DNA of 5,523 bases from a virus (lineage: Duplodnaviria; Heunggongvirae; Uroviricota; Caudoviricetes): positions 1 to 5,523 of IMG/VR virus record IMGVR_UViG_2703718795_000003, one strand, 5' to 3'. Within the stretch, counting starts at the first letter, position 1, and each line of letters begins with the position of its first letter. A program made the translations under genes and the position numbers. This document shows, one piece after another, positions 1 to 5,523 of this stretch. Below the pieces are notes generated by a model, which worked only from the letters and a program-made list of their open reading frames with translations, was not told the DNA's origin and did no database searches.

Positions 1-201
1 CGTCACCAGCCCCAGCGTGTCCGTAAATTCATAACGGTATTTCACGTTAATGCCCTTCAGGTCATCGTTGCCGGGCATATCAGTGTGGGTCTGAAGATAC
101 CCGGCGCTTAGTGTGGACTGCTGCTCAGACGCCCATGCAGGCGCACCGGATACGGCCAGACAGATGGCTGCAGACAAAATGGCGGCATAAAGTTTACGCA
201 T
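1..201 (-). CDS. lom: Lom/Ail-family outer membrane protein, N-terminal fragment (67 codons; continues past the window start)
   Basis: Minus-strand ATG at 201..199 opens a frame with no stop through position 1: MRKLYAAILSAAICLAVSGAPAWASEQQSTLSAGYLQTHTDMPGNDDLKGINVKYRYEFTDTLGLVT. The N-terminus has a classic signal peptide (basic n-region, hydrophobic core, AWA-S cleavage motif) and matches the lambda Lom N-terminus as I recall it. GAGAGG Shine-Dalgarno lies 5 nt upstream. It sits directly downstream of J, as in lambda. Missing from the ORF track only because no stop lies inside the window. Confidence 0.85.
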   Translation of the reverse strand, partial: MRKLYAAILSAAICLAVSGAPAWASEQQSTLSAGYLQTHTDMPGNDDLKGINVKYRYEFTDTLGLVT

Positions 202-206
202 AATTA

Positions 207-212
207 CCTCTC
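207..212 (-). promoter_or_regulatory. Shine-Dalgarno (GAGAGG) for lom
   Basis: Plus-strand cctctc at 207..212 is GAGAGG on the minus strand, 5 nt upstream of the lom ATG. Confidence 0.6.
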
Positions 213-225
213 GCTTTTCTGCAAT

Positions 226-249
226 AAAAAAGGCGCCATTTCTGGCGCC
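226..249 (-). terminator. Putative rho-independent terminator after J
   Basis: Minus-strand RNA reads GGCGCC-AGAAAU-GGCGCC followed directly by UUUUUU: a perfect 6-bp all-GC stem (232..237 / 244..249), 6-nt loop, and U6 tract (plus 226..231). It begins about 20 nt after the J stop. On the plus strand no T-run follows the stem, so it is unidirectional. Confidence 0.55.
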
Positions 250-268
250 CGTATCTGGGTTATAAAAT

Positions 269-3200
269 TCAGCTAATCGTGATGCCTGCAGTGGCTTTCT
301 TCATCACAACAACCAGCAAATCGCTGATACTTGCTGTGGGATACCAGCCATTTACCCACCATGCTGATACAGAAAACTCCAGTGTCATTACGCCACTGCC
401 TGCAGGCATATCAATAACACCCGTGTATATCAGCGTATTATCCAGAGCCGTTCGGTTATAAATTTCAGCCCCGTTTTTCTTCACTATCAGGCGGCATGAC
501 GAATAAGTATCGCTATTCTCCCGTTCATGTCTGGCACCGCTGAAAGCCACCGCTGGAATAACAATTTGCCGGTCAAACGGCTGATCGTCATAAACCCTGA
601 CGGTAATTGTCCCTGATGGCCACCGCTCCGGTGCACGGGAGTCCCGGGGGAAAGCTTTGCCCACTGTTTTAACGAGATCGCCTTCAATCTGGTTCGCGGA
701 CAGTTTTCCCAGAACCCGACAGTTCTCGTTAATCGTGACGTTGTTGAGCGTCCCGGAGTTCGCATTCACGCTACCGCTGATATCGGCATTTTTCGCCGTC
801 AGCCGCCCGTCCGGTGTCAGGGAAAATGCCGGAGGATTACCGCCGCTGGTAATGGTCGGAGCCGTCAGGCGTTTCAGGAACACGTCGTTCATGAATATCT
901 GATCGCCCTGACCAACAAACATTGGTCTTGTGTTGCCATTAGACGGATCAATAAACGCGATACGGTTAGCGGCAACCAGGAACTGGCTCAGTTTGCCTTC
1001 CTCCGTATCCTCCATGCTGAGGCCAAGCCCCGCGACATAATGCCTGCCGTCTTCGGTCTGCTCAATTTTGACGCCCCACATGGCATTCCATTTATCGTTG
1101 GCGTCTTTCCACTCTTTCGAAAACTCCTCCAGTTTGCTGGCGTTATCCTCCGTCAGCTCGACTTTTTCCAGCAGCTCCTTGCCGAGATGGGATTCGGTTA
1201 TCTGGCCTTTGAAAAAATCCAGATAACCTTCCGCATCATCGCTCGCCCGACCGACGGCCTCCACAAATGCCGATTTACCAACGGTATTCACGCTGCGGAT
1301 GTAAAAGTAATAATCATAACCCGGCTTAATATTGCTACTGGCAGCTATCCAGTACAGCGCCGTGCCAAGATAGCGGGCGCTGGTTTCAACCTGCCTGATA
1401 TCCGCAATCCGCGTTTCCGAGAACCAGAACTCAAACTGCACCGTCGGATCATAAACCGCAAGATGCGGCGTGGCGGCTATCTGAAAATAGCCCGGTGTCA
1501 GCTCAATCTGTGACGGCGCTGCCGGTGCGGCAATCCGGAACGATACCGACGCCGGATCGCCCTGCTGTCCCCACGCATTTACCGCCCGGACTGTCAGCCT
1601 GTAGTTCCCCAGCGCCAGCTGCGTGAAGCGGTATGTGGTTTCCGTCGTCCGGGCCGTGCTGACCAGCCGCTCACTGCCGTCATCCGCTGCCACGGTCAGG
1701 CGAAGCAGGAAGCTCACACCCTTCACCACCTTCGGCGTGTCCCAGCGCGCCAGCACCTGATATTCCCCGCTGTCGGCGGTGACTTCTGCGGTCAGGTGCT
1801 GCACCGCTGGCGGCGTGACACCATTCACTGTGCCGCTCTGGTCACCGTCAAAGTGCGCCCCGTTATCCACGATGGCTTCTTTTTCAGGCACATGCTGCAC
1901 GGCGGTGATGGCATACGTGCCGTCATCGTTCTCACGGATACTCACGCAGCGGAACAGGCGCTGGCGCAGCGTCGGCAGCTTCAGCCCCCATACGCTGTAT
2001 TCAGCAACACCGTCAGGAACACGGCTCACTTTTACCTTCACGCCGTCGGTGACGGACTGAACCTCCACGCTGACCGGATTGCCACTTCCGTCAACCAGGC
2101 TTATCAGCGTGGTACCGGAGGATGGCAGCGTGATTTCACGGTCGAGCGTCAGCGTCCGGGTCTGGCTGTTCACCGCCAGCACACGACCACCGGTGCTGAT
2201 CCCCGCATAGTCATCATCACAGATTTCAATGACATCGCCCGGTACATGGCGAAGCCCTTCTGCGCCCACGCTGAAGTCCACGGTCTGCGTTTCCAGCAGT
2301 TCCGTTTTAATCAGCCACAGCCCGGCACGGTGTGCCTGCCCCCGACTGGTACAGCCAAAGGCATCCATCTTCGTGACGTTACGACCGTAACGGGCAATGG
2401 CCTGCGTGTCCTCCACAAGCTCTGTTGCCGTCTCCCAGCCGTTGTCCGGGTCAGTCCAGTTCACCTCAACGGCATTATGGCGGTCTTTCAGGGCGCTGAA
2501 GCTGTAGCGGAACGGCGCGCCATCATCCGGCATCACCACATTACTGCGGTTATAGGTCCACACCTTATCCGACGGCCGGTCCTGCACGAACGTCAGCGTC
2601 TGCCCGTTCCATACCGGCATACAGCGCATCGCCGAGCAGAAATCACTGAGAACATCCCACGCCTTACGCTGTGTGGTCAGGTAGGCATTACAGGTGATGC
2701 GCGGCTCCGTGCCACCAAAGCCATCCGGCACCGACTGGTCGCAATTCTGGCCGATGACATACAGCGCCCATTTGTCCACATCCGCCGCACCGAGACGCTT
2801 CCCCATGCCGTAGCGCGGATGGGTCAGCATATCCCACAGACACCAGGCCATGTTGTTGCTGTATGCCGGTTTAAACGTTCCGTCCCAGATACCGCTGTAT
2901 TGCCGCGTCTGCGGGTTATAGTTCGACGGCACCTGCAGAATGCGCCCGCGCAGATGATAATTACGGCTCACCTGCTGGCTGCCGAACTGCTCCGAATCCA
3001 CCTGCACGCCGACCAGTGCCGTGTTCGGGTAGCACTGTTTCACATCGATGATTTCGGTGTATGACGACCAGAGCGTTTTGTTCTGCAGCTGGTCTGTGGT
3101 GCTGTCCGGCGTCATCCTGCGCATCCGGATATTAAACGGGCGCGGCGGCAGGTTATCCACCACCACCGAGGCCAGATACTGCGACGTGGTTTTGCCCTTA

Positions 3201-3664
3201 ATGGTGATGTCTTTTTCCGTCACCCAGCCACCGTTACGCTGTATCTGAACCAGCAGGCGGACTTCCGACGGATTCCTGTCACCCTTTGAGGTGGTTTCCA
3301 CCAGTGCCTGCACACCGAAGGTAAAGCGCAGACGGTCGATGTTTGCCGACGTGATGGTCCGGGTGATAGGCGTGTCGTATTTCACTTCCGTACCCAGCAC
3401 CGTCTCGGATCCGGAGGATTCAAATCCCTCCGGCGGTGTCTGTTCCTGCTCACCTGCCCGGAACACCACCGTGACACCAGAGATGTTGGTATTCCCCTCA
3501 CTGTCCAGCACCGGCGTACTGTTCAGCAGCACGCTTTTTAACCCATCCACCGGACCTTCAATCGGCCCTTCGCTGATGGCATCGATCACACTCAGCAACT
3601 GCGTGGACTTCAGGTTGTCCTTCGCTTCGCGCGGGGTATGCCCCTTACTGCTGCCTTTACCCAT
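269..3664 (-). CDS. J: Tail tip / central tail fibre host-specificity protein J (1131 aa)
   Basis: Uninterrupted 3396-nt ORF with ATG at 3664 and GGAG 8 nt upstream. The N-terminal roughly 980 residues ([38 protein letters not shown]...) match lambda gpJ, recalled as 1132 aa, nearly residue for residue. A fibronectin-III-like segment lies mid-protein. The C-terminal region is related but appears to diverge. Confidence 0.95.
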   Translation of the reverse strand: MGKGSSKGHTPREAKDNLKSTQLLSVIDAISEGPIEGPVDGLKSVLLNSTPVLDSEGNTNISGVTVVFRAGEQEQTPPEGFESSGSETVLGTEVKYDTPITRTITSANIDRLRFTFGVQALVETTSKGDRNPSEVRLLVQIQRNGGWVTEKDITIKGKTTSQYLASVVVDNLPPRPFNIRMRRMTPDSTTDQLQNKTLWSSYTEIIDVKQCYPNTALVGVQVDSEQFGSQQVSRNYHLRGRILQVPSNYNPQTRQYSGIWDGTFKPAYSNNMAWCLWDMLTHPRYGMGKRLGAADVDKWALYVIGQNCDQSVPDGFGGTEPRITCNAYLTTQRKAWDVLSDFCSAMRCMPVWNGQTLTFVQDRPSDKVWTYNRSNVVMPDDGAPFRYSFSALKDRHNAVEVNWTDPDNGWETATELVEDTQAIARYGRNVTKMDAFGCTSRGQAHRAGLWLIKTELLETQTVDFSVGAEGLRHVPGDVIEICDDDYAGISTGGRVLAVNSQTRTLTLDREITLPSSGTTLISLVDGSGNPVSVEVQSVTDGVKVKVSRVPDGVAEYSVWGLKLPTLRQRLFRCVSIRENDDGTYAITAVQHVPEKEAIVDNGAHFDGDQSGTVNGVTPPAVQHLTAEVTADSGEYQVLARWDTPKVVKGVSFLLRLTVAADDGSERLVSTARTTETTYRFTQLALGNYRLTVRAVNAWGQQGDPASVSFRIAAPAAPSQIELTPGYFQIAATPHLAVYDPTVQFEFWFSETRIADIRQVETSARYLGTALYWIAASSNIKPGYDYYFYIRSVNTVGKSAFVEAVGRASDDAEGYLDFFKGQITESHLGKELLEKVELTEDNASKLEEFSKEWKDANDKWNAMWGVKIEQTEDGRHYVAGLGLSMEDTEEGKLSQFLVAANRIAFIDPSNGNTRPMFVGQGDQIFMNDVFLKRLTAPTITSGGNPPAFSLTPDGRLTAKNADISGSVNANSGTLNNVTINENCRVLGKLSANQIEGDLVKTVGKAFPRDSRAPERWPSGTITVRVYDDQPFDRQIVIPAVAFSGARHERENSDTYSSCRLIVKKNGAEIYNRTALDNTLIYTGVIDMPAGSGVMTLEFSVSAWWVNGWYPTASISDLLVVVMKKATAGITIS

Positions 3665-3672
3665 TCGTCATG

Positions 3673-3676
3673 CTCC
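3673..3676 (-). promoter_or_regulatory. Shine-Dalgarno (GGAG) for J
   Basis: Minus-strand sequence upstream of the J start is GTTTATGGAGCATGACGA-ATG, placing GGAG 8 nt before the ATG. Confidence 0.6.
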
Positions 3677-3686
3677 ATAAACGACA

Positions 3687-3706
3687 AAACCGCCAGCAGG
3701 CGGTTT
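3687..3706 (-). promoter_or_regulatory. Perfect 8-bp hairpin in the I-J intergenic region (possible attenuator or RNA-processing/stability element)
   Basis: Plus aaaccgcc-agca-ggcggttt at 3687..3706 is a perfect inverted repeat (8-bp stem, 4-nt loop). On the minus-strand transcript it is followed by UGUCGUUUAU and then the J ribosome-binding site. Confidence 0.35.
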
Positions 3707-3724
3707 CACATAAAACATTTTGCA

Positions 3725-4372
3725 TCAGCGACCAATCACCACAACCTGACCACCGTCACCTTCGTCTGCCGTGCTGATCTCCTGAGAAACCACACGTGAT
3801 CCCACGCGCATTTCACCGTACAGAACGGGCAGAACATTGCCCTGGGCAACCATGTTATCCAGTGAGGAGAAATAGGTGTTTTGTTTGCCGTTATCCGTTG
3901 TCTGTGTTCGGGGAGTTCTGGCTTTCGGTGCCAGCATCTGCGCCACACCGCCAAGGATCATACTGGCCCCCGCAGCATACATGCCCGATAAAGCCGCAGC
4001 TCCCAGCCAGCCTGCAGGGTTCCACCACGCCACCGCAATCAGCGCCGCACCCAGCACCGCCTGAAACACACCGCCACTTTTGGCACCCGCCAGGCGCGGT
4101 ACGATGTGGATCACGACACCATTTTCCAGCGGCTCATTAAGACGGGCTGATAATTCGGTTTCACCTGCATCACGCCCGGCAATGCGCACCTGATACCAGC
4201 CGTCATTCAGTTTCTGACGAAACGCCGGGAGCTGTGTGGCCAGCGCCCGGATGGCTTCGGCCCCCGTTTTCACACGAAGGTCGATGCGGCGGCCAAATCG
4301 TTGCAAATCCCCGTAAAGGCAGATGCGTGCCATGCCCGGTGACGCCAGAGGGAGTGTGTGCGTCGCTGCCAT
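3725..4372 (-). CDS. I: Tail assembly protein I (215 aa): N-terminal ubiquitin-like domain followed by a Gly/Ala-rich hydrophobic segment
   Basis: ORF with ATG at 4372. MAATHTLPLASPGMARICLYGDLQRFGRRIDLRVKTGAEAIRALATQLPAFRQKL... and the C-terminus ...NVLPVLYGEMRVGSRVVSQEISTADEGDGGQVVVIGR match lambda gpI as I recall it (223 aa). Its position between K and J and the 60-nt gap to J equal those in lambda. Confidence 0.9.
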   Translation of the reverse strand: MAATHTLPLASPGMARICLYGDLQRFGRRIDLRVKTGAEAIRALATQLPAFRQKLNDGWYQVRIAGRDAGETELSARLNEPLENGVVIHIVPRLAGAKSGGVFQAVLGAALIAVAWWNPAGWLGAAALSGMYAAGASMILGGVAQMLAPKARTPRTQTTDNGKQNTYFSSLDNMVAQGNVLPVLYGEMRVGSRVVSQEISTADEGDGGQVVVIGR

Positions 4373-5013
4373 TTGTCGGTATACCTCTCTCGTTTGCTCA
4401 GTTGTTCAGGAATATGGTGCAGCAGCTCGCCGTCACCACAGTAAATGGCGGCATGATTCGGCACCGATGAACCAAAACAGCACAGCAGCACATCGCCCGG
4501 CTGCGCCGCTGACAACGGCACCTGATACAGCCCCGTTGCCTCCAGATTATCCAGATAGAGATTCTGACCGTGACGCCACCAGTCATCCCCGCGATGAAAA
4601 TCCGGCATCTCAATCCCCGCCAGATGATAAGCATCCCGGAACAGCGTGTAACAGTCCGTCACCCCGTGCTCAAAGCGCCGCCCGGTAAGATGCGGCACAC
4701 AGCGGAATTTATGAATCTCACCCCGGCAGACCAGCCACCAGGGCAAATCGCTCTGCACCTGCAGCCGCCTGTCAGCCTCACTCAGCCAGGGCAGATCACC
4801 GGGGTGGCTGTGGACCAGCGCCACAATCTCACCCTGCATCTCTGCCCGCAGCCAGTCCTCCGGCGACATCCGGAAATACGCCTCCGGCTCACCGGAGATA
4901 TTCACGCAGGGAAAATATCTTTCCCCTTCCGGCGTTCTCACCACGAAGCCGCACGACTCCGCTGGCGCACATCGCCGGGCGTGCGCCAGAATCTCTGATT
5001 CTGTCTCTGTCAT
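4270..5013 (-). CDS. K: Tail assembly protein K (247 aa from the ATG at 5013): JAB/MPN (JAMM) metallopeptidase domain plus NlpC/P60 cysteine peptidase domain
   Basis: ORF matches lambda gpK. The JAMM motif HSHPGDLPWLSEAD (H68-x-H70-x7-S78-x2-D81) is encoded at 4771..4812. NlpC/P60-like catalytic residues are Cys121 (GVTDCYTLF), His187 and His199. The start is ambiguous: the ATG at 5013 lies 4 nt after the L stop with no obvious SD, the track's 261-aa form would start at a TTG at 5055 inside L, and an internal ATG at 4869..4867 has a GGAGG 11 nt upstream and gives a 199-aa product. The last 33 codons overlap the I start out of frame. Confidence 0.85.
   Translation of the reverse strand: MTETESEILAHARRCAPAESCGFVVRTPEGERYFPCVNISGEPEAYFRMSPEDWLRAEMQGEIVALVHSHPGDLPWLSEADRRLQVQSDLPWWLVCRGEIHKFRCVPHLTGRRFEHGVTDCYTLFRDAYHLAGIEMPDFHRGDDWWRHGQNLYLDNLEATGLYQVPLSAAQPGDVLLCCFGSSVPNHAAIYCGDGELLHHIPEQLSKRERYTDKWQRRTHSLWRHRAWHASAFTGICNDLAAASTFV
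4384..4390 (-). promoter_or_regulatory. Possible Shine-Dalgarno (AGAGAGG) for I, embedded in the K coding sequence
   Basis: Minus-strand AGAGAGG-TATACCGACAA-ATG. The 11-nt spacer is longer than optimal, so this is weak. Confidence 0.35.
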
Positions 5014-5017
5014 GGGA

Positions 5018-5523
5018 TTACTGCGAAAGTTTGTTAATGGAAAGGAAGCCGCCAAAGTTGCCGACGTTATTGCGAAACTTACAGCCGCTCAGGCATTTGC
5101 TGCATTTATCCTTCGTGATATCGGACGTCGGCTGGTCATATTCATCCGCGACAGCCGGACCGTGATAACCGCACTCATCACCGCGATAGGTCCAGGTGCA
5201 GGTGTTGGCCAGCATGATACGTCCCGGAAAAACAGCGCCATCCGTTTCCGTCGGTGTGGACAACACAAAGGAGGCGCTGACCGTACTCAGTTCGCTGCAC
5301 TGCTCGATGCGCCAGCGGCTGATCACCTCCTGCTCCGGACCGGCATCGCGGTTTCCGTGGACGAAGTGCACCGCATACAGTAAACGGGCGTAAACCTTAC
5401 GCCTGACCACCGTTCCGCCGACCAGACTCTGCAGATCTTCCACCATCCAGGTGACCATGCCGTACAGGTTAGAGACTGCCAGCGTGGGGCGCGTACTGGT
5501 GCCGTTGCCATTAAGTTCAAAAC
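5018..5523 (-). CDS. L: Tail tip assembly protein L, C-terminal portion (5' end lies beyond the window)
   Basis: The minus-strand frame is open from the window edge to the TAA at 5018..5020. The translation ...FELNGNGTSTRPTLAVSNLYGMVTWMVEDLQSLVGGTVVRRKVYARLLYAVHFVHGNRDAGPEQEVISRWRIEQCSELSTVSASFVLSTPTETDGAVFPGRIMLANTCTWTYRGDECGYHGPAVADEYDQPTSDITKDKCSKCLSGCKFRNNVGNFGGFLSINKLSQ matches the C-terminal two-thirds of lambda gpL. The track's 146-aa ORF (5018..5458) is this reading frame cut at an internal Met. Confidence 0.9.
   Translation of the reverse strand, partial: FELNGNGTSTRPTLAVSNLYGMVTWMVEDLQSLVGGTVVRRKVYARLLYAVHFVHGNRDAGPEQEVISRWRIEQCSELSTVSASFVLSTPTETDGAVFPGRIMLANTCTWTYRGDECGYHGPAVADEYDQPTSDITKDKCSKCLSGCKFRNNVGNFGGFLSINKLSQ

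Noticed and set aside
255-275. Possible lom promoter (-10-like TATAAC with TTAGCT upstream, minus strand)
   Set aside because: The two hexamers are only about 6 nt apart rather than about 17, and the terminator hairpin lies between them and the lom start. Not a credible sigma-70 promoter as it stands.
279-902. Small ORFs on both strands inside the 3' end of J (279..461 +, 487..765 -, 657..902 +)
   Set aside because: All are embedded in alternative frames of the J C-terminal coding region. The J frame continues uninterrupted to the stop at 269.
1040-1513. 157-aa plus-strand ORF
   Set aside because: Antisense to J, with no ribosome-binding site and no recognisable motifs. Random open frame.
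1796-3064. 422-aa ORF on the plus strand
   Set aside because: Lies entirely antisense within the conserved J coding sequence. It is Arg/His/Ala/Pro-rich as expected for the antisense of a GC-rich gene, has no recognisable ribosome-binding site, and I recognise no domain motif.
3291-3680. 129-aa plus-strand ORF spanning the J start region
   Set aside because: Antisense to the highly conserved J N-terminus. Low-complexity Ser/Thr/Pro-rich translation with no start context.
3736-4140. Alternative-frame ORFs within I (3736..3954 -, 3796..4140 +, 3876..4064 +)
   Set aside because: Overlap the I reading frame, whose translation matches a known protein family. Their own translations are Pro/Arg/Cys-rich nonsense.
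4234-4998. Alternative-frame ORFs within K (4234..4470 +, 4323..4688 +, 4398..4634 -, 4570..4998 +)
   Set aside because: Embedded in or antisense to K and the K/I overlap. The only real second frame in this region is the I N-terminus.
5013-5055. 261-aa extended form of K starting at 5055
   Set aside because: That start is a TTG, not ATG, and the 14 extra codons lie inside the L 3' end with no Shine-Dalgarno. The ATG at 5013, 4 nt after the L stop, is the more parsimonious start, though still unproven.
5012-5520. Plus- and minus-strand ORFs near the window end (5012..5383 +, 5196..5393 +, 5323..5520 -)
   Set aside because: They are antisense to, or in a wrong frame of, the L coding sequence, which is open to the window edge and matches lambda gpL. 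The 5323..5520 ORF starts with a non-ATG codon.
1-5523. Search for CRISPR repeats, tRNA/ncRNA, insertion-sequence ends or tandem repeats
   Set aside because: No direct-repeat/spacer periodicity, no cloverleaf-like segments, and no terminal inverted repeats flanking a transposase-like ORF. The window is densely protein-coding on one strand.

Overview
The whole window is the tail-tip module of a lambda-like (lambdoid) siphovirus or prophage, with every gene on the minus strand, read from high to low coordinates: the 3' end of tail protein L (5018..5523, runs off the window), tail assembly protein K (4270..5013), tail assembly protein I (3725..4372), the 1131-aa central tail fibre / host-specificity protein J (269..3664), and the first 67 codons of a Lom-family outer-membrane protein (1..201, runs off the window). 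Gene order and spacing match what I recall for phage lambda: a 103-nt out-of-frame K/I overlap, a 60-nt I-J gap, and a hairpin plus U-tract after J. I see no inserted cargo, CRISPR array, RNA gene, mobile element or unexplained coding space, so I do not find a previously undescribed system here. What is worth a second look is variation inside a known module: a J C-terminus that appears to differ from lambda's LamB-binding end, the choice of K start codon and whether it leaves the JAMM peptidase site complete, a diglycine after the ubiquitin-like domain of I, and two small hairpins. All plus-strand ORFs in the supplied track lie antisense within these genes and are judged spurious. Homology calls rest on my recollection of lambda protein sequences and coordinates, not on a database search.
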